Assembly: GCA_947626035.1 (NCBI GenBank)
Contig: CANQQR010000001.1
Location: 13,096 to 77,095 of the forward strand
From: an uncultured Bacilli bacterium
GTDB taxonomy: Bacteria; Bacillota_I; Bacilli_A; RF39; UBA660
Direction of reading: 5' to 3'
DNA length: 64,000 nt
The position numbers and the translations under genes are program-made. Every line of letters begins with the position of its first letter. The stretch's first letter is position 1. The notes below the pieces were generated by a model. The model was given only the letters and a program-made list of their open reading frames with translations, was not told where the DNA came from and did no database searches. Below, one piece after another: positions 45,228 through 55,685 of this stretch.

Positions 45228-46696
45228 AACAAGAATATTTAGATATTTTAACTAACATTATTGGCGCGGTTGAGTCTGGCGGACAAATTTATGGAAACCG
45301 CGATTATAGTTGCTATGCAGGCAAGTTTAAAAATTCTGATAAAGAGTATACCTGCACATTAGGCTGGGCAGCTAATTATGGTAATGAAGCCAAAAAGCTC
45401 TGTAATATGATTTTCACGGCAGACCCTGTGGCGTTCAGACAGGCGGATTCCGCGAATATTGAGTCTAGATTAAATAGAGATTGGGTTGCAGAACAATGGG
45501 ACCCAAGCCCTGCAGAAAAGACCGCGCTTATTGCTATTATAACGACTCCCGCGGGTAAGCAATGTCAGGATAAGCTATTCCAGCAACTAATCGAAGGTTA
45601 TATTAAACACGCGGAAAACTATGGTGTGACATCCATCCAAGCACAGATGATGTGGTGCGAGATTGAACACCTTGGCGGATTGGGCCCAGTTAAGCGCATC
45701 TTTACGCGGGCCGCGCAGCCATATACTCCAGATTCTATCTTTGCTTCTTTACTCTTGGACCAGCAAGATACATCAAGTAGCAATCAAGTTGGAGATAAAA
45801 AATTCCAGACCCGCCATGAATGTTGCGTTAGATGGATTAAACAATACGTAACCGAAGAAAAGGAGGTCACTGTTAAAATGAGTAATCCTATAGAAAAGCT
45901 TTTAGCTACAGCCGCCGAGGAAGTTGGTTATCTTGAGAAAAAGTCTAATAAAGATCTAGATGACAAGACCGCGAATGCTGGTAGTAATAATTATACAAAA
46001 TACACAAGAGACATCAAACCTAGCTATCAGCCATGTGAATGGTGTGATATGTTTGTTGATTGGTGTTTCAATAAGACTTTTGGCACTGAGGTAGCCAAGA
46101 AGATGACATTCCAGACCGCGGGTTGGTCTTCTTATACACCAGACTCTTCTTCATATTATAAGAATAATGGTCATTGGCATACAACTCCGCAAGCTGGTGA
46201 TCAAGTATTTTTCCATAATAATGTGAGAATTAGACATACTGGTATTGTAGAGAGAGTTACTGATACTGGTTTCTATACCTACGAAGGAAACACAAGCGAT
46301 GGTAGTGCGATGATTCCTAATGGCGGTTCTGTATGTCATAAGTTCTACCCATTTAATCACGCTAGTATCGCGGGCTTCGGTAGACCCGACTGGAGTCTAG
46401 TCCAAGGAAACAAATATACTAAGGGCTGGAACCGCGATGATAAGGGCTGGTGGTACGTATATGATGATAATGATTCATATTACAAAAACCAGTGGGCTTT
46501 GATTGATCACTATTGGTATCTGTTCGATAAAGATGGCTATATGCTGACCGGCTGGCAGAAATGGGATAGTGAGAAGAAAGTCATAGGCGAAGGTGAATGG
46601 TATTATCTAAATGAGACAGATAGCTCTGATCAAGGACAGTGCTGGCACGAGACGAAAGAATTTAAAGGTGCTATGGAGCCTTGGTATGTAGCTTAA
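45224..46696 (+). CDS. Endolysin: N-terminal domain plus CHAP peptidase/amidase plus C-terminal cell-wall-binding repeats
   Basis: CHAP-like Cys...His (QPCEWCDMFVDWCF...GDQVFFHNN..HTGIV); repeats GWNRDDKGWWYVYDDN..., ALIDHYWYLFDKDGYMLTGWQKW, EWYYLNETD typical of CW_binding_1. Confidence 0.6.
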   Translation: MKQEYLDILTNIIGAVESGGQIYGNRDYSCYAGKFKNSDKEYTCTLGWAANYGNEAKKLCNMIFTADPVAFRQADSANIESRLNRDWVAEQWDPSPAEKTALIAIITTPAGKQCQDKLFQQLIEGYIKHAENYGVTSIQAQMMWCEIEHLGGLGPVKRIFTRAAQPYTPDSIFASLLLDQQDTSSSNQVGDKKFQTRHECCVRWIKQYVTEEKEVTVKMSNPIEKLLATAAEEVGYLEKKSNKDLDDKTANAGSNNYTKYTRDIKPSYQPCEWCDMFVDWCFNKTFGTEVAKKMTFQTAGWSSYTPDSSSYYKNNGHWHTTPQAGDQVFFHNNVRIRHTGIVERVTDTGFYTYEGNTSDGSAMIPNGGSVCHKFYPFNHASIAGFGRPDWSLVQGNKYTKGWNRDDKGWWYVYDDNDSYYKNQWALIDHYWYLFDKDGYMLTGWQKWDSEKKVIGEGEWYYLNETDSSDQGQCWHETKEFKGAMEPWYVA

Positions 46697-46835
46697 GTAT
46701 ATAGGCAAGTAGTTTTTTGCTACTTGCCTATTTTTTATTGCTGTAACTAAAGTTTTTAGTAGCGCATTTGACTTTCTTCGAAAATTATTATATAATATAG
46801 TTATAAAAGAAAATAACTTAGTTAGGAGCAATAAA

Positions 46836-47054
46836 ATGTATAAAAGAAATGATGTAATTTTGCCAGATGATATTAATGTATCAGAATATTATAGTCCGGA
46901 GCTTGAAGGTCTTTCTTTATATATAAAATATCCATTTCACAAGTATTCGAAAGATTTTATTGAATCTATTGTTAATGAGTTTATTAACAATGATCCAGAG
47001 GTTGCCGCAGTTTATGTAGATTATGATGGATATACGGAGGTTACTGAAAAATAA
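46836..47054 (+). CDS. Hypothetical small protein
   Basis: ORF behind promoter ~46770-46800. Confidence 0.35.
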   Translation: MYKRNDVILPDDINVSEYYSPELEGLSLYIKYPFHKYSKDFIESIVNEFINNDPEVAAVYVDYDGYTEVTEK

Positions 47055-47345
47055 ATGAAGAAAGAATTTGATGGATTAACTATTGATGTAGATGATTATT
47101 TAGTGACTGTTATATATGATAAAAATAAGCATTTTTCTGAGAACTTATTTAATACCGCAAGAAGATTGCTGCATATAGCATTTCCATTGCATGAAATTAG
47201 ATTTAAGGAAAGGAATAATGAAACAGATAAATAGTTCAGAATTATATATTTATAATAAAGATAACCAGTATTTAGGCTCTGCAGATTTCTCATGTATGTT
47301 AGATTGGCCTACTTCTGAGATAATCACATCTAAAAGGAGAAAACA

Positions 47346-47889
47346 AATGAATATTTATTGTGACGGCGGAGCGTCAATAAAAACGCGCAAGGGTGGCTTT
47401 GGAGTGGTAGTTTATGATGAAGAAAATAACTGTGTTATTAATTATCGTTATAAAATGTGCGATCAAACTACCAATAACCGCGAAGAGCTTAAAGCTATTT
47501 TAACAGGCTTAATTCTTGCACATGATACATATCCTAACGAAGAGTGCGTTCTTTACTCTGACTCTTCCTATTGTGTTAATATATGCAATGATTGGATTTA
47601 TCATTGGGCAAGGAATGAATGGAAACTTAAAGGAAAAGAGCAGCAAGTTGAAAATCTTGATTTAATACAACAGATTTATAAAATTCTTACTTCTGAGTTT
47701 TTCTTTGTAGATATTAGGAAAGTTAAAGGACATGCTGGTAATATTGGTAATGAGTTGGCAGATGCTCTTGCTCATGGAGAAGACCAATATAAGAAGATTT
47801 TAAATAAGTATAATGTTAATGAAGATTTTGAATTTGGACTCAAAACTTTGGAAGAAATACTGTCAGAACTTGACAACAATAAAAAATAA
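47346..47889 (+). CDS. rnh: Ribonuclease H (RNase HI family)
   Basis: IYCDGGAS, NNREELKA, YSDSSYC, VKGHAGNIGNELADALA motifs; ATG 47346 after AAAAGGAGAAAAC. Confidence 0.7.
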
Positions 47890-47941
47890 TGATATAATAT
47901 TTTAAGAGAAAAGATAAAACAAAAGGAAGGATAGGTCTAGG

Positions 47942-49225
47942 TTGAGTAATAATAATACTAATACTAATTTATATAATGATGATTCTATACAAAGCCTTGA
48001 TCCTCGTAGTTTCACAAGACTTAGAGCTGGTGTATATTGTGGATCTACAGAATATAGTACACAATTACTTATTGAAATAGTATCTAATGCTATTGATGAG
48101 TGGTCTATTGGTAATGGAAGTGTTATTAATGTTGATTATAAAGATGATGGAAGCTGTAGAGTAGAAGACTTTGGTCAGGGATTTCCCATTAATGTGATGA
48201 GAGATGATGGAGAAACCGTTCTACAAGCTTCTTTTGATGTATTGAATACTTCTGGTAAGTTTACAGATGATGGCGTTTATGAAGGGACAGCACTTGGTCT
48301 TAATGGTATAGGCGGAAAGCTTACTAATTTCTTATCACTTTGGTGTGATGTGTATACATATCGAGACGGTAAAAGTGAGCATATTTGCTTTAGAGATGGT
48401 ATCTTCCAAGCAAGAGAAGTAGGAGAGCAAGGTAAATTTCATACGGGTACTATTGTTGAGTGGAAACCAGATCCTCAGTTCTTTGACAATAGACAAATTG
48501 AGGTAGGTAGAATTAAGAAGTTATTCTACGAATGGACTTGTTTGTGTCCCGGGCTAGTAATTAATCTAACTCATAACGGATCGGATCAGGTTACATTCTC
48601 ATCTAAGCATGGCTTAAATGATCTTGTAGATGATATTGTGAAAGATAATGAGATTATTAAGAATAGGTTAGATATTAGTCATAAAGATGGAAAAAATAAA
48701 TTAAATTTTGTGTTGACTTATTCAAATAGTTACTCTCTTAATATAGTTCCATACGTGAATACTGGCGAAACAAGCGACGGCCCGCATATTAGGCAGGTTA
48801 AGACTATTATCACTAGAGAGTTTAATAAGTTTTATAGAGAGAAGAAGTGGCTGAAAGATAAAGACGCCAATCTTGAAGGTGGAGATATTCAAGAGGGTAT
48901 GGTTATTGTATTTAATATCACCGCTCCTGGAGTATCTTATGATGCACAAACAAAGTCAAGAGTAGTTAAACTTGATATGACTCCTTTCTCTAGTGTGATA
49001 GCCGACGGCGTCCAGACGTGGCTTAATAGTAATGAAAAAGATATCAAAGCTATATTTGATAAAGCTATTAATGCAAGGAAAGCGCGGGACGCGGCTAAGA
49101 AAGCTAGAGAGGCAGTCCGAGAGAATCAAAAGAAGAAGAAAGAAAAAGTTCTCAAGTTTGATAGTAAATTAGCAGATTGTTATAGCAAAGATAGAGCTAA
49201 ATGTGAGATATATATAACTGAGGGT
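47942..49225 (+). CDS. Type II topoisomerase ATPase/B-like subunit, exon 1 (GHKL ATPase plus transducer, ends ...CEIYITEG)
   Basis: RLRAGVYCGST (as in GyrB GLDAVRKRPGMYIGDT), IEIVSNAIDE (as in HLVWEIVDNAVDE); TTG start; the ORF is cut inside the Toprim EGDSAGG motif. Confidence 0.65.
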
Positions 49226-50293
49226 AAGTAACTATTGCCCTAATCCTTTTTACCATTTATCAGTGGGGTCACAGTAATGTGGCTAACGGGGAAGCCTGAC
49301 CGTTACACATGAATGTCAAAACATGTTTAGGCGAAGGTAATCCCGTGGCAAGATTTTATATCTTTGGACAAACTTCGTAAATTCATATTGAGCCTCCTTC
49401 ATATTTCTTTGAAAGGAGATAGTGTATATGATAGGAATTTATAAGTATACAAACAATATAAATCATAAAGTTTATATTGGACAAAGTATTAATTTAGAAC
49501 AAAGAAAAGCGGTCATAAAAGTGCAGCTTTTAATCCAAATGCTAGCGACTACAATTCTCAATTTCATCAAGCAGTAAGAAAATATAGCTGGGAAAATTTT
49601 TCATATGAAGTTATTGCAGAAATTTCTAATGAAGAATATTCACAAAAAATGCTAGATGATTTGGAAAAATATTTTATCAACTATTATGATTCATATAAAA
49701 ACGGCTATAATGCTACTAAAGGTGGAAACGAGGTGGGCAATAGTGTCCACAAAGGAGAAACAAATGGTAGAGCATTGCTAAATAAAGAAGATGTGGAATA
49801 TATTAGAGAATGTTACAATGAACATATTCCATTTAAAATAATATATGAGCAATATAAAGATAAAATATCTAAAAGAGGATTGCAAAAAATTTGGTGGTTT
49901 GAAACTTGGAAGGATATTCATCCAGAATATCATACAGAAGAAAATAAATATTGGCACTCTCATCAAGCTAAAGCAAATGCACCAGAAGTTGCTGCAAATA
50001 ACAAAAGAAAATTCTCTGCTGAAGAAGTAAGACAAATGAGAGAAGAATATGATAATGGATTAACTCCAAAAGAAGTTTGGTTAAAATATGCTCCTGAATT
50101 AGCATGGGGTACTGTATATAATGCTATTACTAGAAAGACATATAAAGATATAAAATAAGCTGTATCGACTATGTGGGGTGAGACCCACAGTACAACTATT
50201 ATTGATACATAGTTGGAAACAGAGGACGTGTTGATGGCCCGACAAGCCGGAGCGAAGAGTTAGTCAGTGCTTATGGAAACATAAGAGTGCACG
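49226..50293 (+). mobile_element. Group I intron (putative) carrying a GIY-YIG homing-endonuclease ORF, inserted in the topo B-like gene
   Basis: Exon 1 ends in U (49225) and the insert ends in G (50293); the exons rejoin in frame to give ...EIYITEG|DSAAGNLKTARDNEFQAVMPVRGKILN, matching the conserved GyrB Toprim motif. Confidence 0.6.
49428..50158 (+). pseudogene. GIY-YIG homing endonuclease, frameshifted (two ORFs 49428-49580 and 49649-50158 in adjacent frames)
   Basis: MIGIYKYTNNINHKVYIGQS... then a +1 shift in the A-run near 49500 continues ...SGHKSAAFNPNASDYNSQFHQAVRKYSWENFSYEVIAE..GYNATKGG, the expected GIY-YIG continuation. Confidence 0.55.
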
Positions 50294-50935
50294 GATAGTG
50301 CCGCAGGTAATTTAAAGACTGCGAGAGATAATGAATTTCAGGCAGTTATGCCTGTTCGAGGTAAGATACTTAACTGTCAGAAAGCAACAATAGCACAGAT
50401 TCAGAAAAATGCTGAAATTATGACTATGATTGACGCTTTTGGTTTGACGATTGACTTAAAAACAATGAAGGTTACATACGAGCCAGAAGATTTGCGGTAT
50501 GACAAAATTATAATCATGAGTGACGCGGATGTTGATGGCGCTCATATCAAGAATTTATTCTATACTTTTGTTTGGAACTTCTGTCCGCAACTTATCATTG
50601 ATGGTCATGTGTATGCAGGAGTCCCCCCGCTGTATAAGCTGACTATTGGTAAAGAATATAAATATATTAAAAATGATGAAGCTCTCGCTGAATGGAAGGC
50701 TGCGAACCCTGGCAAAAAGTTCTCAGTAAAAAGACTGAAGGGCCTAGGTGAAATGTCTGTGGAGGAGACCGAAGAAACATTGACCGATCCCCGCGAGAGA
50801 ATTATTAAGCAAATAACTGTCGATGACGTAAAAGGTACAGATATATTATTTGATCAGCTAATGGGGACAGGCGTAACAGCAAGAAAAGAATATATTAAAG
50901 AACATTCTAGGGAGGCTACTTATAATGCAGAATGA
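50294..50935 (+). CDS. Type II topoisomerase B-like subunit, exon 2 (Toprim domain)
   Basis: DSAAG...MPVRGKILN...IIIMSDADVDGAHIKNLFYTF...VYAGVPPLYKL parallels the GyrB Toprim. Confidence 0.65.
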   Translation, partial: DSAAGNLKTARDNEFQAVMPVRGKILNCQKATIAQIQKNAEIMTMIDAFGLTIDLKTMKVTYEPEDLRYDKIIIMSDADVDGAHIKNLFYTFVWNFCPQLIIDGHVYAGVPPLYKLTIGKEYKYIKNDEALAEWKAANPGKKFSVKRLKGLGEMSVEETEETLTDPRERIIKQITVDDVKGTDILFDQLMGTGVTARKEYIKEHSREATYNAE

Positions 50936-53258
50936 TATCAAAAATGAATTAGGTACAAACTTTATAGAGTATGCTGTCGCTGTTAATACTGATAGATCTA
51001 TTCCTGACGCAAAATGTGGTCTTAAACCAGTAGCAAAGAGAATCTTGTGGTCATCCTTTGAAGAGGGTAGAACTTTTAATAAACCGCATGTAAAATCAGC
51101 GAGAATCGTTGGAGATGTCATGGGTAAATATCATCCGCATGGTGACTCATCTATCTATGGAGCTATGGTAAGATTATCTCAATCTTGGATAATGCGATAT
51201 CCATTAATAGATTGGCATGGTAATAATGGAAATATTGCGGGAGATGGGCCCGCAGCGTCTAGATACACAGAATCTAGGCTTGCAAAGATTTCAGAAGATG
51301 GATTATTAGCTGGAATCAAAAAGCGTAATGTAGATTTTATACCAAACTACTCAGAAGATGCTGAAGAGCCAGTCACACTTCCGTCAATTTTTCCTAATCT
51401 TTTATGCAATCCAAATAGTGGAATTGGTGTCGCTATGGCATGTAATTGGCTGCCACATAATCTCTCTGAGGTGGCCACCGCAATTTTTGACTATATGGAT
51501 AATAAAGAACCTATTTTACCTGGTCCTGATTTTCCAACGGGTGGAATTGTTATCAATAAGAACGATATTCCTAATATTATGAAAACTGGCCATGGTAGCG
51601 TAAAAGTTAGAGGAAAATATAAAATAGAGAAACAGAATATTGTTTTTTATGAGATACCTTATGGTACTACAATTGAAGACTTACTTGATGAAATAGGCGA
51701 AGTATGTGGTGGAGAAAAGAAAGAGATTGATGGAGTCACAGAAGTAAGAGATGAAAGTAATAAGAAAGGTTTGCGTATTGTTATTCAATGTTCAAAAGAT
51801 GCAAATCTTGAATCAATAGCAAATCAATTATTTATGAAAACTAGTTTACAAACATCTATCTCTTATAATCAGGTAGCGTTAATTGATAAGACGCCAACTG
51901 AGTTAAATCTATCTGATTGTATTAAAATTTATATAGAACATAATAAAGATTGTCTAATACGAGAGACTCAGTTTGATCTTGACAAAGCCGAAGCCCGCAA
52001 AGAGATTGTTGACGGATTGCTTAGAGCACTATTGTCTATTGATGAAATAATTGCTTTTATTAAAGCTAGTGAATCATCAGCAGTAGCTAAAGATGGTTTA
52101 ATTAAGACATATGGTTTTACAGAGAACCAAGTTAAAGCAATCTTGGCTATGAGATTGTCAAGTCTTGCCAAACTTGAAAGCGTTGAATTAAATCAAGAGA
52201 GAGCAGAACTTGAAAACAATATTGAGGAATGGCATAAAATTATTAGAGATCAAGATAGACAAATCCAAATTATTAGGGAAAGACTTTCTGCTCTTGTAAA
52301 GAAATATGGAGATGTGCGTAGAACAGAATTAGCGCAGATTGAAACGCCAAAAGAAGAGAAGATTGTAGAGGAAATAATCCCAGAAGATGTAGTAGTTATC
52401 TTCTCTCAGAGCAGTGACATTAAGCGGGTACCGCGTAAAAGTTTCAAGGTCCAGCGTAAGAATGGTAAAGGCATCAAAAGCGAGGACGATGCAATCTTAG
52501 CTACAATCTCTACTAACACTGTTGATACATTAATGTTATTTACATCAAAAGGAAGAATGCTTAGACTATATGTAGACAATGTTCCTGCTGGTACAAATAC
52601 ATCAAAAGGAGCGAAAGTAAGCACATTAATTAGCTTAGATGCGGACGAGCGTGTAATTGCGATAACCTCGCTTTATAGAGATAGTAATGCTAAGTATGTA
52701 GTATTCTTCACTAAGAACGGCATGATTAAAAAGACCAAGCTTGAGGAATATATGCAGCTGAAGAAGAATACTGGTATTATTGCAATAAAGTTAAAAGAGG
52801 GAGATTCTTTAGCCAATGTAACTTTCTTAAATGAAGAAGAAGTTATTGTTATAACAAAGAAGGGTATGGCTATTCATTTTCCAACAGATGATATATCTCC
52901 AATAGGAAGAGTAACCGCGGGAGTTCGGTCAATGAAGCTTGGGCCTGAGGACGAAGTGCTTATAGGTTTACCTATCCATAAGAAGACCGACAACCTTGCA
53001 ATATTCACAGAGCGAGGATCTGGAAAGAAAATTTCACTTGAAGAAGTTCCATTCCAGTTACGAGGCGGAAAGGGAGTCGCGGTATCTAGCACTTCTATAG
53101 CGGGCGCCGCGATGATAGATAATAATGATGATATATTGTTAGTTGGTTTGCCTAACTCAATATGTGTGTCTGCTACTGATATTCCTCTAATGAGCAGGGT
53201 TAGTAGCGGAAATGCAATGATTAAAAATAGTAAGATCATGTCAGTCGTCAAATTATAA
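50925..53258 (+). CDS. Type II topoisomerase A subunit (GyrA/ParC/gp52-like)
   Basis: CGLKPVAKRILWS (as in GLKPVHRRILYAM); active-site region AASRYTESRLA; 777 aa. Confidence 0.7.
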   Translation: MQNDIKNELGTNFIEYAVAVNTDRSIPDAKCGLKPVAKRILWSSFEEGRTFNKPHVKSARIVGDVMGKYHPHGDSSIYGAMVRLSQSWIMRYPLIDWHGNNGNIAGDGPAASRYTESRLAKISEDGLLAGIKKRNVDFIPNYSEDAEEPVTLPSIFPNLLCNPNSGIGVAMACNWLPHNLSEVATAIFDYMDNKEPILPGPDFPTGGIVINKNDIPNIMKTGHGSVKVRGKYKIEKQNIVFYEIPYGTTIEDLLDEIGEVCGGEKKEIDGVTEVRDESNKKGLRIVIQCSKDANLESIANQLFMKTSLQTSISYNQVALIDKTPTELNLSDCIKIYIEHNKDCLIRETQFDLDKAEARKEIVDGLLRALLSIDEIIAFIKASESSAVAKDGLIKTYGFTENQVKAILAMRLSSLAKLESVELNQERAELENNIEEWHKIIRDQDRQIQIIRERLSALVKKYGDVRRTELAQIETPKEEKIVEEIIPEDVVVIFSQSSDIKRVPRKSFKVQRKNGKGIKSEDDAILATISTNTVDTLMLFTSKGRMLRLYVDNVPAGTNTSKGAKVSTLISLDADERVIAITSLYRDSNAKYVVFFTKNGMIKKTKLEEYMQLKKNTGIIAIKLKEGDSLANVTFLNEEEVIVITKKGMAIHFPTDDISPIGRVTAGVRSMKLGPEDEVLIGLPIHKKTDNLAIFTERGSGKKISLEEVPFQLRGGKGVAVSSTSIAGAAMIDNNDDILLVGLPNSICVSATDIPLMSRVSSGNAMIKNSKIMSVVKL

Positions 53259-53296
53259 TATTTGACGACTGATAAAATATATGTTATAATATTATT

Positions 53297-53695
53297 ATGA
53301 ATAAAAAAGAATATAATCAATATTTAGTTACAGGCGTAGAAGATGGCTGGATAGAGGTCGGAAGAGATATTTGGGATAAATATTTAAAAGCAAAGAAGGA
53401 GTTAGAAATGACTGTTACAATTCCTTTTGAATTAGGCGAACCAGTTTATGTGCTTGAAAGGCGTGAAGTGGTAGATGAAAGAAAATGGATTAAACCTGAT
53501 TGTAGTCTAGGTGGGGATGTTGATGGTCCATTTGATCGTGGTCATTATGAATATACCTATAAGACAATTACAGAAATTAGGAAAGTGAAGTTTCATTTTG
53601 GATTATTAGATAAATATAAAATAACTGAGATATATAGAACACGAGAAAGAGCTGAGGAGGCTAGAGATGGATACTGCTTCGATGAAGAAATATAA
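53297..53695 (+). CDS. Hypothetical protein
   Basis: ORF behind promoter ~53265-53295. Confidence 0.4.
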   Translation: MNKKEYNQYLVTGVEDGWIEVGRDIWDKYLKAKKELEMTVTIPFELGEPVYVLERREVVDERKWIKPDCSLGGDVDGPFDRGHYEYTYKTITEIRKVKFHFGLLDKYKITEIYRTRERAEEARDGYCFDEEI

Positions 53696-53915
53696 AGTAA
53701 ATGTACCAGTTGGTTGGATAGTGGGTTATTTAAGGTATGGTCATTTTGAAGGTATTGTAGAATTAACTGATAAACAATTAGAAGAAATAAATAGTGGTGG
53801 CGTAAATCGTAGAGATTTTTGCAGAGAATATTTAGATTTGGTTGTTGATAGCTACAGAGTAGATGACTATGGTAATATAGGGGATATAGAATTAGAAGAG
53901 GTAAAAGATGTTTGA
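53667..53915 (+). CDS. Hypothetical small protein
   Basis: ORF overlapping upstream gene. Confidence 0.35.
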   Translation: MDTASMKKYKVNVPVGWIVGYLRYGHFEGIVELTDKQLEEINSGGVNRRDFCREYLDLVVDSYRVDDYGNIGDIELEEVKDV

Positions 53916-55032
53916 TAAAGCGAAAATTGAAGAGTTATATCCTGAAGCGGTAATGATTCCAGCTATGAAGATCCACGCAAGCACAGATAGCCAGTTAAGG
54001 GCGGCGTGTGATAGTGGGGATTATTTTGGCCAGCTTAAAAAGGATGGATACTGGTATCAGTATGAAAAACACGAATATCATTCATATCTATTCTCTCGCA
54101 GCACAAGTAAAAAGACTGGTCTACAGGCGGAAAAATTAGCTAATGTTCCTCATATTGCGGAGGCTTTAGCAGTTTTGCCCAAAGACACAATTTTAGTTGG
54201 TGAAATCTATTATCCTGGCGGTAGTTCAAAAACAGTCACTGAGATCATGGGATGCCTACCAGCTAAGGCGGTAGAGCGTCAAGCGGGCTCCCGCGGTTTA
54301 ATTCATTATTATATTCATGATATTTTAATGTATGATGGTGTTAATTTGGTTAATATGGGTAATGAATTGCGATATAAAGTTCTTGAGAAGATCTTTCATC
54401 TTTACTCTCTTGATAAATATGACTTCTTAGAGTTAGCAGAGGTCTGGTATGATAACCTTTATTCCAGAGTGGGGGATGCTCTTGCTTCTGGAGAAGAGGG
54501 TATGGTAATTAAGAAAAAAGACGGATTGTATATACCTGACGGTAGACCTATGTGGAACCTTAAGGCTAAACGAGTAGATTTTGCAGATGTTGTTATTATT
54601 GGCTTTGAAGAACCAACAAGAGAGTATTATGGTAAGGAAATAGAAAACTGGCAGTACTGGATATGGGAAATGCCAAGTGAAGAAATGTTCCTTGAATATT
54701 TACCTATTGGAGCGCATTATGGAGAAGAGTGTATTAGCGGTCGTAATGTAGCTGTAACAAAACCATACTATATGGGTTGGCATAACTCACGCATTAAAAT
54801 TGGTGCATATGATGATGAAGGTAATATGCACGAGATTGGAGTAATTCATTCTGGCATTTCTGACGAAATGAAGAAAGATATGACAGAAAATCCAGATAAA
54901 TATCTTAATCATGTATGTGCGATTCAGTGTATGCAGAAGGACTCGGTTGCTAAAACTATACGTCACGGCTTCCTAAAATTTATGCGTGACGATAAAGACG
55001 CTAGAGAGTGTAAACTAAGTGAAATTTTTTGA
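53908..55032 (+). CDS. ATP-dependent DNA ligase
   Basis: Motif I LKKDGYW (KxDG); motif IV-V EGMVIKKKDGLYIPDGRPMWNLKAKR. Confidence 0.6.
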   Translation: MFDKAKIEELYPEAVMIPAMKIHASTDSQLRAACDSGDYFGQLKKDGYWYQYEKHEYHSYLFSRSTSKKTGLQAEKLANVPHIAEALAVLPKDTILVGEIYYPGGSSKTVTEIMGCLPAKAVERQAGSRGLIHYYIHDILMYDGVNLVNMGNELRYKVLEKIFHLYSLDKYDFLELAEVWYDNLYSRVGDALASGEEGMVIKKKDGLYIPDGRPMWNLKAKRVDFADVVIIGFEEPTREYYGKEIENWQYWIWEMPSEEMFLEYLPIGAHYGEECISGRNVAVTKPYYMGWHNSRIKIGAYDDEGNMHEIGVIHSGISDEMKKDMTENPDKYLNHVCAIQCMQKDSVAKTIRHGFLKFMRDDKDARECKLSEIF

Positions 55033-55063
55033 CTATTTTGAAAATTTTTGATATAATAGTTAT

Positions 55064-55255
55064 ATGAATAATAAACATAGATCTTACATAAGAAGAAAGG
55101 CTCTGGAAATTATAGAGTTAGAGCAAGAGATAAATTTGGGCAATAATGTTCAAGAGAATCAAAAGAAAATTCAATATATTATGTCTGCTCTCCCAATGAA
55201 TGATATAATGCTTATAGATGATTATATCATAAGAAGCAAATTATTGACTAAGTAA
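55064..55255 (+). CDS. Hypothetical small protein
   Basis: ORF behind promoter ~55035-55065. Confidence 0.35.
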   Translation: MNNKHRSYIRRKALEIIELEQEINLGNNVQENQKKIQYIMSALPMNDIMLIDDYIIRSKLLTK

Positions 55256-55346
55256 AAAATTTATGATATAATATATGTATAAATGGATGATAAATTCATC
55301 TTTTAATATAATAAATATAGTTGAATAAAAAGGAGAAAATTTAGAA

Positions 55347-55622
55347 ATGGCTGCATTAAAAGAAAATAGTTTAAAGGTTTTTAATTACATGAAGAGTCTG
55401 GCTCCAAGTGAAAATGTCACTGCTGCTGATATTGCAGAAGCTACTGGTCTTCCTGTTAAGAGCGTAAATGGTATTGTTACTTCTGCATTCCAGAAGAAAG
55501 GCTTGATGGAGAGAATCCCAGCAGAGATTGAGTTGCCTGATGGATCACATAAGGGGATCAAGCTAATTAAATTAACTGAAGCTGGTCAGGCTTTCGACCC
55601 AACAGCCGAAGCTGAGGAATAA
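55347..55622 (+). CDS. Small winged-helix DNA-binding protein (paralogous fold to 57563-57934)
   Basis: AADIAEATGLPVKSVNGIVTSAFQKKGLMER is an HTH plus wing pattern. Confidence 0.45.
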   Translation: MAALKENSLKVFNYMKSLAPSENVTAADIAEATGLPVKSVNGIVTSAFQKKGLMERIPAEIELPDGSHKGIKLIKLTEAGQAFDPTAEAEE

Positions 55623-55685
55623 AATACGTGGGCTAAGTCATAACTAGATGGCTTAACCCATTTTCTTTAGCTGGAGGGTAGACAT

